Notes under the pieces: model-generated
Databases searched by the model: none
Seen by the model: only the letters and a program-made list of their open reading frames with translations
What the model was told of the DNA's origin: nothing
Made by a program: the position numbers and the translations under genes
Source of the DNA: a bacterium
GTDB taxonomy: Bacteria; DUMJ01
Reading direction: 5' to 3'
Assembly: GCA_049970495.1 (NCBI GenBank)
Contig: JBMFMV010000015.1
Coordinates: forward strand, 1 to 31,900
DNA: 31,900 nucleotides
In this document: positions 1-10,361 of the stretch, piece by piece
How the letters are laid out: every line of letters begins with the position of its first letter
Numbering within the stretch: position 1 is the stretch's first letter

Positions 1-1
1 A

Positions 2-328
2 GAGTTAGTTGGCTACGAGAATTTTCTTTCGGAGATAGAGGACTATGCTAGCGAAAATAAGATAGACCTTAAAGAAGCGGTAAAGATATGGTATAAAAAC
101 TTTCTAAATTCTTGTGAGTTGATAAAAAGAGAGAAACTAGATCAGCTCTTCCCAGATAAGACACTAGGAGACCTGTATCTATACGTATGTACACATAAAT
201 GGTATAAAAGTGAAGAACTAGGTAGAGATATAGGATTTAAAGAGGCACTAAAGAGTTTTAAAGATCTCCACAGATATCAGAGAAATAATGGATTAAGACT
301 CCTCAGATGGCTACCAGGGAGAGTATAA
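2..328 (+). CDS. 3' part of a protein with a DUF4032-like C-terminal region (truncated by window start)
   Basis: Frame is open from position 2 (ELVGYENFLSEIEDY...), so the TTG at 119 is internal. Motif LFPDKTLGDLYLYVCTHKWYKSEELGRDIG resembles DUF4032-type proteins from memory. Confidence 0.5.
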   Translation, partial: ELVGYENFLSEIEDYASENKIDLKEAVKIWYKNFLNSCELIKREKLDQLFPDKTLGDLYLYVCTHKWYKSEELGRDIGFKEALKSFKDLHRYQRNNGLRLLRWLPGRV

Positions 329-341
329 TTCTAGTACAACA

Positions 342-668
342 TCAAACCTCATACTCATCCTTTCGTTTAAAGAATCTAGATAAACCAGAAGGATAGGCCT
401 CTTTGGCTTCCATAACAAAGCTCCTAACCTGACTTATCCACTTTATAATTTCTTCTTTCATATTAACATCTATACTACTATTATACCTTAGAAGAGCCTC
501 CCATATCTCCTCTGAACTCATACCAACACCAGCATCTCTACATATAGCAAGAACCCTTTCTACAAAATGTATATCTCTAATACTAAGTCTTTCCCTTATC
601 CTCTCAGGATATTGATTGTAATAGTATTCGTAAGAGTGAAACTTCCTCTTCCACCAGAGAAATCTCAT
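342..668 (-). CDS. Hypothetical protein, 108 aa
   Basis: ATG ORF 5 nt downstream of the UroD-family gene, with normal composition. No family recognised. Confidence 0.6.
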   Translation of the reverse strand: MRFLWWKRKFHSYEYYYNQYPERIRERLSIRDIHFVERVLAICRDAGVGMSSEEIWEALLRYNSSIDVNMKEEIIKWISQVRSFVMEAKEAYPSGLSRFFKRKDEYEV

Positions 669-673
669 AGATA

Positions 674-1702
674 TTAATCATACCTTCCAAACCTTTCTAC
701 TATCTCCCACATCTTAAGGAGATTCTCCGGTTTTACTTTACTATGGATAGAATTACTTGAAGCAATAATATATCTACCTCCAGGCATTAACCTCTCTAGA
801 ACTCTCTTTACCTCGTTTGCTAATTCCTCTACCGTGTAATCGGTTAGAGGAGCTCCACAGTTTACACCTCCTATTACCGTCAAATCTCTATACTTATTCT
901 TTACTGCTAATATATCCATACCAGCACTTATATCTAAGGGATGTAAAGCTGAGATTCCAGTAGAAACCATATCATCGAGTATAGCGTTGATATTACCACA
1001 GCAATGTTTGAAACAGATTGCGCCTTTAGACTTAACCGCCTGAACAACCTTCCTAATACCAGGTAAGAAAAATTCTCTAAATGCCCTAGGAGACATCATT
1101 GGACCATTACTACTTCCGTAATCATCGCCAAGAATTATAAAATCTGCCCCTAACTCTATGGCTCTTTCTGCTATAGCAATATTATGATTAACAGATATAT
1201 CTACAAGCCTATGGACAAGTTCTGGATTTTCTATTATATCTATAAGTAACTGTTCTGCGCCTCTTAAATAGAGAGGATAGTTTAGCGCATCGTGTAGATG
1301 CATCCCAACAAACTTTTTACCCTTAAATCTTCTTATTATCTCCTTTAATTCTTCGTATCTTTTCTCTTTGTATGGGTCTGGAGGCTCAAAGTGATTGAGG
1401 TCCTCTGGAGTCTTTATAGGACCCTCCAAAGGAATAGAAACCTCTTCCTCTGTATATTGTCTTTTTATCCCCCACTCATTTATAACAATCCTATTCTTAG
1501 AATCTATGACCCTCTCTTCATAAAGCTTTGAAGGCGTATTTGTCAATACTATATCTATAGGATATTTCTCACAGAAATCTAGATAGTCCTCTCTACCTAT
1601 TATCTTCTTTATAATCTTTCTATCTATTAGAAGCTCAAATATAGGGACCCTGTCAGGAATTCCCCCTGAAAGTACTGTCAGAACTCTTTCATAAGAATTA
1701 AT
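674..1702 (-). CDS. Uroporphyrinogen decarboxylase / MtaA-CmuA superfamily protein (342 aa if started at ATT 1702)
   Basis: Motifs GDDYG..GPMMSP..FREF, HCCG, GGRYIIASSNSI. The frame extends 52 codons upstream of the tracked start as (I)NSYERVLTVLSGGIPDRVP, the typical family N-terminus, with a GGAGGAGG SD before the ATT. Confidence 0.85.
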   Translation of the reverse strand: MNSYERVLTVLSGGIPDRVPIFELLIDRKIIKKIIGREDYLDFCEKYPIDIVLTNTPSKLYEERVIDSKNRIVINEWGIKRQYTEEEVSIPLEGPIKTPEDLNHFEPPDPYKEKRYEELKEIIRRFKGKKFVGMHLHDALNYPLYLRGAEQLLIDIIENPELVHRLVDISVNHNIAIAERAIELGADFIILGDDYGSSNGPMMSPRAFREFFLPGIRKVVQAVKSKGAICFKHCCGNINAILDDMVSTGISALHPLDISAGMDILAVKNKYRDLTVIGGVNCGAPLTDYTVEELANEVKRVLERLMPGGRYIIASSNSIHSKVKPENLLKMWEIVERFGRYD

Positions 1703-1704
1703 AG

Positions 1705-2145
1705 CTATCCCTCCTCCATTATTATAGTTACAGGACCATCGTTTATAAGGGATACCTCCATATGCTCACCAAAAATTCCTTCTTTTACTGTAAGATTGTC
1801 TTCTCTCAAGAATTGATTAAACTTATTCCATAAATCAACTGCAACTTCTCTAGGTGCTGCCATCTCAAACCCAGGCCTTCTACCTCTAGAGGTATCTGCA
1901 TATAGAGTAAACTGGGAAACCGAAAGAATTTCTCCTCCAACATCTTTAATACTTAGATTCATCTTCCCTTTCTCATCCTCAAATATCCTTAAGGATGATA
2001 CCTTCTTTGCTAGGTATCTTGCTTCTCTTTCAGTATCGTTTTTACTTATACCAACCAATATAAGAAATCCTCTCTCAATGGATGAGACAATATTACCATC
2101 TACTTTTACATCTGCAGACTTGACACGCTGAATAACTATTCTCAT
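1705..2145 (-). CDS. dtd: D-aminoacyl-tRNA deacylase
   Basis: MRIVIQRV start, SQFTL, NDGPVT motifs; follows rel as usual. Confidence 0.97.
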   Translation of the reverse strand: MRIVIQRVKSADVKVDGNIVSSIERGFLILVGISKNDTEREARYLAKKVSSLRIFEDEKGKMNLSIKDVGGEILSVSQFTLYADTSRGRRPGFEMAAPREVAVDLWNKFNQFLREDNLTVKEGIFGEHMEVSLINDGPVTIIMEEG

Positions 2146-2148
2146 TTG

Positions 2149-4194
2149 CTACGTATGCCTCCCAACAGAAATGACATCTTTTACCCCCTTTATAGATCTT
2201 AAGATAGCTTCACAGTGGTGTATATTTTGGACATCTAGGACTATATAGATATTTACCCTACCATTCTTTACCACCGCCCTTGCATCATATACATTACTGC
2301 CAAGGTTGGATATCTCTGTAAGGATATCTTTCAACAGACCCACCCTATCCCGAGCATAGACGTCTATCCTAGCATTAAACTTGTGTATATTATCTGCACG
2401 CCAATGTACCTCTATTAACTTTTCTTTGGGAAGATTCTTTAGATTTGTACATCCCTTTCTGTGAACAGTAATTCCCCTTCCCTGAGATATGTATCCTATA
2501 ATCTCATCCCCTGGCAATGGACTACAACATCTTGCCAACCTTATGAGGAGATTATCAGCTCCATCAACATATACACCTAACCCTTCATCTCTCTTAGGCG
2601 GACTTAAAATCTTCTCTTCCTTTGCATTCTTCTGTAAGGCTTGCTGTATCTGAGAAGGAGCGATCTCTCCATTTCCCACTGCCAAGAAAAGTTCTTCAGG
2701 GTCTTCCAACTTAAAAGCTTCTAATAGAGGAGCCCAATCAAGTTCTCTCATCTTATCTGGAAGGTCACCCTGTATTCTCTTTAGCTCCTTCTCTAGGATC
2801 TCTCTTCCCCTTATTATGTTATCTTCTCTCTGGAGTTTCTTAAAATACTGTTTTATCCTATTTTTGGCAGAAGTAGTAGCAACAAATGAAAGCCAATCTA
2901 AGCTAGGAGCGGCTGATTTAGAGGTAAGTATTTCAACTATCTCTCCACTGTTAAGTTTATAATCTAGAGGGACTATCCTACCATTTACCTTAGCTCCTAC
3001 ACACCTATTTCCAATCTCTGTATGGATACGATAGGCAAAATCAACAGGTGTAGCTCCTTTAGGAAGAGATACTACATCTCCCTTTGGAGTAAATACAAAG
3101 ACTTCATCTTCAAAGAGGTCAACCTTTACCTGCTCGACAAATTCCTTAGCATCCTGCATATCCTTCTGCCACTCTAATAACTGCCTAAGCCAAGATAGTT
3201 TTATATCGAAATTCTGATCGGTTTTACCCTCTTTATACTTCCAATGCGCCGCTATTCCATACTCCGCAACCCTATGCATCTCATAGGTCCTAATCTGTAT
3301 CTCTAAAGGTTCTCCTCTAGGACCTATCACAGTAGTATGTAAGCTCTGATACATATTAGACTTTGGAACTGCTATATAATCCTTAAATCTACCCGGTATG
3401 GGTTTCCACAGAGAGTGAACAACACCAAGAACAGTATAGCAATCCTTCGTTGAGTCTACTATAACCCTAATTCCAAAGAGGTCGTATATCTGATCAAAGG
3501 TAAGGTTATCTCTCTGCATCTTCGTATAGATGCTGTATAGATGCTTTGGTCTACCATGTATATCAGCCTTTATTCCCAAAGAATCCAAAGTGGACCTTAT
3601 TATAGAAATGGCTTCCTGTATATACTCTTCCCTCTCTTTTCTAGTCTTAGCAACCATCTTAGATATTTCTCTATACTTCTCTGGCTCTAGATATTTAAAG
3701 CTAAGATCTTCTAGTTCCCACTTTATCCTCCAGATTCCTAACCTATGGGCAAGAGGAGCAAATATATCGAGTGTTTCTTTAGAGATTATTCTCTGTCTAT
3801 CAGGAGGAAGATAGGAAAGTGTCCTCATATTATGAAGCCTATCAGCGAGCTTTATAAATATAACCCTGACATCTTTTGCCATAGCAAGAAACATCTTACG
3901 AAGATTTTCTGCCTGGCGATCCTCCCCAGTTAATCCTGTAAGCCTACCAAGTTTAGTTACACCATCAACTAATGTAGCAATCTCTTCACCAAACCTTTTC
4001 TCGATCTCTTCAATAGATACTGTAGTATCTTCAACCACATCGTGGAGTAATGCAGACGCTATAGTAACTGCATCAACATCCATACTAGAAAGTATCTTGG
4101 CTACTTCTAATGGATGGATAAAAAACTCCTCCCCTGATTTGCGCTTTTGTCCATTATGGGCAGAAAGCGCAAATTCATAGGCAGACAATATCAA
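2149..4194 (-). CDS. rel: Bifunctional (p)ppGpp synthetase/hydrolase (Rel/SpoT homolog); start uncertain
   Basis: Intact HD motif (LLHDVVED), KLADRLHNMRT, RFKDY, YQSLHT, TGS domain (VFVFTPKG), ARCC..P.PGD, C-terminal ACT (DRVGLL). Confidence 0.96.
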   Translation of the reverse strand: MILSAYEFALSAHNGQKRKSGEEFFIHPLEVAKILSSMDVDAVTIASALLHDVVEDTTVSIEEIEKRFGEEIATLVDGVTKLGRLTGLTGEDRQAENLRKMFLAMAKDVRVIFIKLADRLHNMRTLSYLPPDRQRIISKETLDIFAPLAHRLGIWRIKWELEDLSFKYLEPEKYREISKMVAKTRKEREEYIQEAISIIRSTLDSLGIKADIHGRPKHLYSIYTKMQRDNLTFDQIYDLFGIRVIVDSTKDCYTVLGVVHSLWKPIPGRFKDYIAVPKSNMYQSLHTTVIGPRGEPLEIQIRTYEMHRVAEYGIAAHWKYKEGKTDQNFDIKLSWLRQLLEWQKDMQDAKEFVEQVKVDLFEDEVFVFTPKGDVVSLPKGATPVDFAYRIHTEIGNRCVGAKVNGRIVPLDYKLNSGEIVEILTSKSAAPSLDWLSFVATTSAKNRIKQYFKKLQREDNIIRGREILEKELKRIQGDLPDKMRELDWAPLLEAFKLEDPEELFLAVGNGEIAPSQIQQALQKNAKEEKILSPPKRDEGLGVYVDGADNLLIRLARCCSPLPGDEIIGYISQGRGITVHRKGCTNLKNLPKEKLIEVHWRADNIHKFNARIDVYARDRVGLLKDILTEISNLGSNVYDARAVVKNGRVNIYIVLDVQNIHHCEAILRSIKGVKDVISVGRHT

Positions 4195-4220
4195 ATTTTT
4201 ACCATCTTCGTCAAATTTTT

Positions 4221-4742
4221 CTAAAATTTCAAAAGGGAATAGACATCATATCCTTTCAACTGTTCCCTCGCTTTAAACTCTGTAAGTTCAACAAGAAATG
4301 CAAAACCTACTACCTTTCCACCTAATCTTTCGATAAGATTCTTACAGGCTATGGCAGTCCCTCCAGTAGCAATAAGGTCGTCAGCTATTAAGACTTTATC
4401 CCCAGGTTTTATCGCATCCTTATGGATCTCTAAAATATTTGTTCCATACTCTAAAGCATACTCTTCCCTAATACTCTCGTAGGGTAACTTCCCAGGTTTT
4501 CTTATAGGTACAAAACCTGCAGATAGTTCTATTGCCAATGGAGCCCCTATTATAAAACCTCTAGCTTCAACAGCTGATACTATATCAATACCAAGGTCTC
4601 TGAAATTATCAGCCAACAGGGACACTGCAGATCTAAAAGCTTCCTTATCTTTAAGTAGTGGCGTAATATCTCTAAATAGTATCCCCTTTATAGGAAAATC
4701 TGGAATATTTCTTATAAATTTAGCAAGCTCAACTGCTTCCAC
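4221..4742 (-). CDS. apt: Adenine phosphoribosyltransferase
   Basis: IPDFP..GI.FRDIT, EARGF, RKPGKLP, LEYG, DDLIATGGT; GTG start with GGAGG SD. Confidence 0.97.
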   Translation of the reverse strand: MEAVELAKFIRNIPDFPIKGILFRDITPLLKDKEAFRSAVSLLADNFRDLGIDIVSAVEARGFIIGAPLAIELSAGFVPIRKPGKLPYESIREEYALEYGTNILEIHKDAIKPGDKVLIADDLIATGGTAIACKNLIERLGGKVVGFAFLVELTEFKAREQLKGYDVYSLLKF

Positions 4743-6366
4743 TTTTTAATCCTCCTATTCCTATAATTCTCCCTGTTCCTTTTATACTGTAAACTAAATC
4801 TATATAACTATCTGTAGGTAATAATTCATCCAAGTCAAAAACTTCAAACCTTTTCCCTTCTTCTTCTATTATAATGCTTTTTGAATTATTTTGCACTTCT
4901 TTTCCAACAATCTTTACAGATCTAGCGATAAAAACAGGCCTAGGATTTCCCATTCCAAAGGGCTCAAGAAGAGATAATTGATTTAAAAATGTCGGATTTA
5001 TCTCTCTAAGTGGCAGTTCAGCATCTATCTCTACCACCTCCTCTCCTCTAGCCTCTAATTGAACACTCTTATTAAGAATATCCCTAAGTCTGTCGATCTC
5101 CTCTTCTTCTATAGTTAGGCCTAAGGCATAACGATGTCCTCCGAACTTCAAAAACATATCCCTTAGAGGCAAGAGGATGGAATAGATATCTATCTCTTCA
5201 GGGCTTCTAACAGAGAATCTTACCAGGTCCCCTTCTCTTTTACCGATAAATGCTGGTCTATTAAACATATCAACAAGTCTAGATGCTACTATACCAATCA
5301 CACCAGAATGCCACGATTCAGAGTACTCTAATATAGTAGAAGCAAGTGGCTCTCTTTCTAATCTCTCGAGGACTTCCTCCAAGACCTCGTCTACCAACCC
5401 TCTCCTACTTCTGTTTTTTTCCTCAAGTCTTTCAGAAAGGGTCTTAGCAGCTGCTGAATCTGAGGTCAATAATAACTCTATTGCAAGCTCTGCAGAACCT
5501 AGTCTCCCTGCAGAATTTAGTCTTGGGACTAATGTAAAAGATAAAAGTTCTGCGTTTAACATTCTATCTTCTATACCTGCACTCCTCATAAGAGATAAAA
5601 GCCCAGTCCTAGGAGAAAATTTTAATCTATTTATTCCCCTTTTTACTACAATCCTATTCTCATCAGTTAATGGTACTATATCTGCAATGGTCCCTAAGGA
5701 TACCAGATCTAAAACTTCCTCTAGATAGGTATCCTCATCTAACAACCCTCGCACAAGAGCTCTAGCGAACTGCCAAGCAACTCCAACCCCCGAGAGCTGC
5801 TTAAATGGATACAGAGAATCCTCTCTTTTTGGATCTATTACAGCTACTGCTGGAGGTAATACTTCAGGGACATTATGATGATCTACTATAATGGTATCTA
5901 TTCCTATAGAATTTGCATATTCTATAGGCGCCAAAGAGGACACGCCACAATCTAAAGTTATTATAAGTGTTGCATTCTGTTTTTTTATCTTTTCTATAGC
6001 CTCTATGTTTAGTCCATAGCCTTCGATAAGTCTATTAGGTATATAATAAAATACATCAAAACCTAACCCTCTCATTGTATGAAAGAGGACAGCTACAGAG
6101 GTAATGCCATCCACATCATAATCACCATAAAGGCAGATCCTCTCTCTATTAAGTAATGCTCTTTTTACCCTAGAGATTGCAGTCTCTATACCGGGAAGTA
6201 AAAAAGGATCCGCTATCCCCTCTATACAAGGGGATAAAAACCTCTCCGCTAAAAAAGGAGAGGCGATTCCCCTTCTAACTAAGACCTTTGCTATTGGTGG
6301 AAGGATACCTAAATTACTATGGATATCTTTCCAAGTAGGTGGACACTCTTCAAGTATAAAATGCAT
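4729..6366 (-). CDS. recJ: ssDNA-specific exonuclease RecJ
   Basis: GDYDVDG, EGYGL, DCG, DHH, GTIADIVPL, PRLNSAGR, GGH motifs. Confidence 0.96.
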   Translation of the reverse strand: MHFILEECPPTWKDIHSNLGILPPIAKVLVRRGIASPFLAERFLSPCIEGIADPFLLPGIETAISRVKRALLNRERICLYGDYDVDGITSVAVLFHTMRGLGFDVFYYIPNRLIEGYGLNIEAIEKIKKQNATLIITLDCGVSSLAPIEYANSIGIDTIIVDHHNVPEVLPPAVAVIDPKREDSLYPFKQLSGVGVAWQFARALVRGLLDEDTYLEEVLDLVSLGTIADIVPLTDENRIVVKRGINRLKFSPRTGLLSLMRSAGIEDRMLNAELLSFTLVPRLNSAGRLGSAELAIELLLTSDSAAAKTLSERLEEKNRSRRGLVDEVLEEVLERLEREPLASTILEYSESWHSGVIGIVASRLVDMFNRPAFIGKREGDLVRFSVRSPEEIDIYSILLPLRDMFLKFGGHRYALGLTIEEEEIDRLRDILNKSVQLEARGEEVVEIDAELPLREINPTFLNQLSLLEPFGMGNPRPVFIARSVKIVGKEVQNNSKSIIIEEEGKRFEVFDLDELLPTDSYIDLVYSIKGTGRIIGIGGLKSGSS

Positions 6367-6393
6367 AAAGAAGAATTGATCTTCCTATAGCAC

Positions 6394-6702
6394 TTAGCCT
6401 TCAGTTTTCCCTTGACTTTGGTCTGCACTTTGGGATGAATAAAGATTCCTTAATCTATTCTCTTTATCAAATAATTCCCTCTCAAGATTCCTAAACCTTC
6501 TCCTATTTACCAAGTCCTGAGGTATTCTTGCAATAACCGCTAAAAGAAATCCTATCACAAATGCCAAAAAGAGGGCTAAGGCTAGACTTACCTGTCTAGC
6601 TCCAAAGAAATAATTTAATGTTATCGGGTAATTATTTATCTGTACAAATAAGGCTACAACAAAAGCAACTATAAAGACTATAACTAAGTAAAGGTACATC
6701 AT
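6394..6702 (-). CDS. LapA-family (DUF1049-like) small membrane protein
   Basis: Two TM helices separated by N..PITLNYFF, followed by a charged coiled-coil tail. Confidence 0.65.
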   Translation of the reverse strand: MMYLYLVIVFIVAFVVALFVQINNYPITLNYFFGARQVSLALALFLAFVIGFLLAVIARIPQDLVNRRRFRNLERELFDKENRLRNLYSSQSADQSQGKTEG

Positions 6703-6707
6703 TTATT

Positions 6708-7712
6708 TCACCTCCTTTTTCTCTTTACCTGGGAAACCCTTGTCGTTGTTGACTTTTGGGGAGTCTCCAAAGGTCTACTTATACTTTGAGTTGGAGTAGC
6801 TTCTACCTCTTTAAGTTTTTCCTCCTCTTTTAACCACTGTTTCTTTCTAAGAAGCACTAATACTGGCGCTGCTATAAAGATAGAAGAATAACCTCCAGTA
6901 GCTATTCCAACGGTAAGACCAAAGGCAAAATCCCTTATAGCAGAACCACCAAAGAAGTAAACCACCAATATTGCCAATATGGTAGTAACGACAGTATTCA
7001 CACTCCTAGTCAATGTTTCTAAGAGGCTCCTGTTAACCAGTTGTGGAAAGGTTTCTTTTGAATCTCTCGGCCTAAGCTTAAGATTTTCCCTAATCCTATC
7101 AAATATAACAATGGTGTCATTTATAGAATAACCAACGACGGTAAGGATTATAGCTATAAACGGAGTATTTATTTCTTTTTGAGTAAGAATAAACGCCAAA
7201 ACAACAAAACATATATCGTGGATAAGAGCTATATCTGCTGCCAGAGCCATATCTGGTTTGAATCTTAAACTTATATAGACGACTTGAGCTACTAGACCTA
7301 GAATAGTTGCTATAATAGCAGCTCTTTTAAGCTCAGCCCCTATAACAGGACCGATAAACTCCTGCCTAACGAGTTCTGCCTTACCAAAATGCTCAGAGAG
7401 TTTCTTAGTAATAGTATCTCTCGTCTCATTTGGTAATTCCTTTACCCTGATTATTACACCATTATCTTCTGTCTTCTGAAGGAATGCCTCTTCTAAGTTA
7501 AACTCAGCAAGTAATGGTCTTATCTCTCCTACATTACCAAATGATTTCCCCAATCTATACTCTATTAATGTGCCCCCAGTAAAATCAAGACCCCAATTAA
7601 GTCCCTTAGTAAACAGTAAGAGTATAGAAAGTACAATAACCAAAGTAGCACTACCAAGCCAAAAAGAAGAATACTTTATTATATTTATCTTAGAGCCCTC
7701 AAAATATCTCAT
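6708..7712 (-). CDS. secF: Protein translocase subunit SecF
   Basis: GLNWGLDFTGG, GYSINDTIVIFDRIRE, TLTRSVNT, YSSIFIA. Confidence 0.97.
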   Translation of the reverse strand: MRYFEGSKINIIKYSSFWLGSATLVIVLSILLLFTKGLNWGLDFTGGTLIEYRLGKSFGNVGEIRPLLAEFNLEEAFLQKTEDNGVIIRVKELPNETRDTITKKLSEHFGKAELVRQEFIGPVIGAELKRAAIIATILGLVAQVVYISLRFKPDMALAADIALIHDICFVVLAFILTQKEINTPFIAIILTVVGYSINDTIVIFDRIRENLKLRPRDSKETFPQLVNRSLLETLTRSVNTVVTTILAILVVYFFGGSAIRDFAFGLTVGIATGGYSSIFIAAPVLVLLRKKQWLKEEEKLKEVEATPTQSISRPLETPQKSTTTRVSQVKRKRR

Positions 7713-7721
7713 AGAATCCTC

Positions 7722-8957
7722 CTATATACCAAACAACTTAGGACTTCTAAGTATCTTCAACTGGTTAAATAATTGAAACAGAATCTGAGTTACCATAATA
7801 GCTGTAAATAAGCTTATAATAGTCCCAAGGGTAAGCATCACGGCGAAACCTCTAACAGGTCCGGTTCCAAAATAGAAAAGAACGGCTGCTGCTATTAATG
7901 TAGTTATCTGTGAGTCTAAAATTGGGGCATAAGACCTCTTAAACCCTGTCTCTATACTTGAGGTTAAAGATTTCCCTTTTCTAAGTTCTTCCTTTATCCT
8001 TTCAAATATGATTACATTTCCATCTACTGCCATACCTACAGACATTATAAGTGCAGCTATACCAGGTAATGTAAGGGTGGCCCTAAGAGCGGAAACTAAA
8101 CCCATTAAAAGGGCAACATAGGCGATAAGTGCTATATCTGCGATAATTCCAGGGAATCTATAGTAAATGAGCATAAATACCATCACTAGGATTACCGCTA
8201 TAATTCCAGCCTTTATACTAGCATCTATTGTGTCTTTACCAAGGGTAGGACCTACCCTTTTCATCTCAACAAGTTTTAGCGGTACAGGTAAGGCTCCTGC
8301 CCTCAGAAGTACTGCTAACTGAGTTGCAGACTCAAGAGTAAAGTTACCCTCTATCTGTCCCTTACCGTCAGGTATCTCTGAACGAATTACTGGACAACTT
8401 ATAACAACCCCATCTAATGTTATAGCAAGATACTTACCTATATTCTTCTTTGTGAACTCAGCAAATACCTTGGCTCCTTTAGGATTAAATTCTACTTCCA
8501 CTACAGGTCTACCATACTGATCATAACCAACCTTGGCATTCTTAAGGTCTGCACCAGTAAGTATGGTAGGCGCATCGGTTAATTTCTTCCCTTCCTCAAC
8601 ATATTTGGTACCTGTATCCTTAAACTCTAAAAGCGCAGTCTTACCTATAAGATCTATAGCAGATTGCGGATCTTGTTGATATCCTGGAAGCTCAACTACT
8701 AGTCTTCTCTCTCCTTCTCTCTGTATTATCGGTTCAGTGATACCAAGTTGGTTTACTCTTGAGTCTATAATTGCCTGAACCCTATTTAAAGTATCCCCTG
8801 TTACCTTTACCTCTGGGGTATCCTGGGCCTCAAATACCAAATGTACCCCACCTTGAAGATCTAGCCCAAGTTTTACAGAATATCTCATGAAGGTCCAGAT
8901 ACTCAAACCTACTAGAGCTACAATTATTATTACTTTAATCGGAAGCCCTATACGCAT
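7722..8957 (-). CDS. secD: Protein translocase subunit SecD (compact form)
   Basis: LGLDLQGG, GALPVP, VGPTLG, TLTLPGIA, GMAVDGNVIIFERIKEE. Confidence 0.97.
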   Translation of the reverse strand: MRIGLPIKVIIIVALVGLSIWTFMRYSVKLGLDLQGGVHLVFEAQDTPEVKVTGDTLNRVQAIIDSRVNQLGITEPIIQREGERRLVVELPGYQQDPQSAIDLIGKTALLEFKDTGTKYVEEGKKLTDAPTILTGADLKNAKVGYDQYGRPVVEVEFNPKGAKVFAEFTKKNIGKYLAITLDGVVISCPVIRSEIPDGKGQIEGNFTLESATQLAVLLRAGALPVPLKLVEMKRVGPTLGKDTIDASIKAGIIAVILVMVFMLIYYRFPGIIADIALIAYVALLMGLVSALRATLTLPGIAALIMSVGMAVDGNVIIFERIKEELRKGKSLTSSIETGFKRSYAPILDSQITTLIAAAVLFYFGTGPVRGFAVMLTLGTIISLFTAIMVTQILFQLFNQLKILRSPKLFGI

Positions 8958-8968
8958 ATCCCCTCCTA

Positions 8969-9697
8969 CTAATAGAGAATTTTACTCAGAAACATAGCAG
9001 TTCTTTCTTCCTTTGGATTAGAGAATATCTCTTTGGGATTTCCTTCTTCTATAATACAACCATCATCCATAAATATTATTCTAGAAGCAACCTCCTTTGC
9101 AAAACCCATCTCGTGGGTTACTATAACCATTGTCATACCGTCATTTACTAGAGCCTTCATAACATCCAAGACCTCTTTTATCATCTCTGGGTCTAGTGCT
9201 GAGGTTGGTTCGTCAAAAAGCATTATATCAGGTTGCATCGCTAACGCCCTGGCTATCGCAACCCTCTGTCTCTGTCCTCCTGATAATTGACTCGGATATG
9301 AATACAACTTATCCCCTAACCCCATCCTCTCTAAAAGAGACTTGGCAATCTGCTCTGCTTCACTCTTAGATAATCCCTTTACCTTCATAGGGGCAAGCAT
9401 AACATTATCTATAGCGGTTAAATGATTGAAGAGGTTTATATGCTGAAAGACCATACCTATCCTTTCTCTAACCTTATCTATCGCTCTTCCATCCATCCTA
9501 GTTATATCCATCCCCTCAAATATCACTTTACCCGAAGTGGGTCTCTCTAGAAGATTGATACATCTAAGAAGTGTACTTTTCCCAGCTCCACTAGGACCTA
9601 TAATCACAACAACTTCTCCTTTCTCTACATCGAGGTCTACCCCTTTAAGCACCTCTAATCTGCCAAATCTCTTATATATCCTCTCTAACCTAATCAC
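8969..9697 (-). CDS. Polar amino acid ABC transporter ATP-binding protein (GlnQ family)
   Basis: [36 protein letters not shown]. Confidence 0.95.
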   Translation of the reverse strand: MIRLERIYKRFGRLEVLKGVDLDVEKGEVVVIIGPSGAGKSTLLRCINLLERPTSGKVIFEGMDITRMDGRAIDKVRERIGMVFQHINLFNHLTAIDNVMLAPMKVKGLSKSEAEQIAKSLLERMGLGDKLYSYPSQLSGGQRQRVAIARALAMQPDIMLFDEPTSALDPEMIKEVLDVMKALVNDGMTMVIVTHEMGFAKEVASRIIFMDDGCIIEEGNPKEIFSNPKEERTAMFLSKILY

Positions 9698-10352
9698 TTA
9701 TACTCATTCTCCTCTCTGTATACCTAACAAGTAGAGAAAGGGGTAAGGTTATTGCTAAATATAAAAGAGCAACCACTGCTAGTACTTCAAAACTTCTAAA
9801 TGTCCTACTAGTGATTTCTCTTCCTACCCTCATAAGTTCTGCTATCGCTATAGTAGAGGCAAGAGAGGAATCTTTAAGCATAGCAACAAACTCGTTTCCT
9901 AGAGGAGGAAGTATCCTTCTAAATGCCTGGGGAAGAATTACATATCTCATAGCCTGTATATATGATAGTCCCAGAGATCTCGCCGCTTCCATCTGTCCCT
10001 TTTCTATTGACTGAATCCCCCCTCTAAAAATCTCAGTAACATAGGCTCCACTATTTATACCCATAGCAATAACAGCAGCGGTAAATGGGGGCAAATTTAT
10101 CCCTAAAGATGGTAACCCAAAATAGACAAGGAATAGCTGAGCAAGAAGAGGAGTTCCTCTTATTACCTCTACGTAAACTGTAGAGGGTATCAAGAAGATT
10201 GGATTCTTTGAAACCCTAGCTATTCCTCCGAATACACCAATAATTACTCCTATGCCTACTGAGATAAGAGTAAGTTCTATCGTCATTAAGGCGCCCTTAC
10301 CTAAAAAAGGAAGTATACTTATTAAGAACGGGAATAGAGGTTCATTAGTCAT
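9690..10352 (-). CDS. Polar amino acid ABC transporter permease (GlnP/HisM family)
   Basis: [25 protein letters not shown] (EAA loop), ILPQA, KDSSL. Confidence 0.95.
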   Translation of the reverse strand: MTNEPLFPFLISILPFLGKGALMTIELTLISVGIGVIIGVFGGIARVSKNPIFLIPSTVYVEVIRGTPLLAQLFLVYFGLPSLGINLPPFTAAVIAMGINSGAYVTEIFRGGIQSIEKGQMEAARSLGLSYIQAMRYVILPQAFRRILPPLGNEFVAMLKDSSLASTIAIAELMRVGREITSRTFRSFEVLAVVALLYLAITLPLSLLVRYTERRMSISD

Positions 10353-10361
10353 GAGTTGCCG

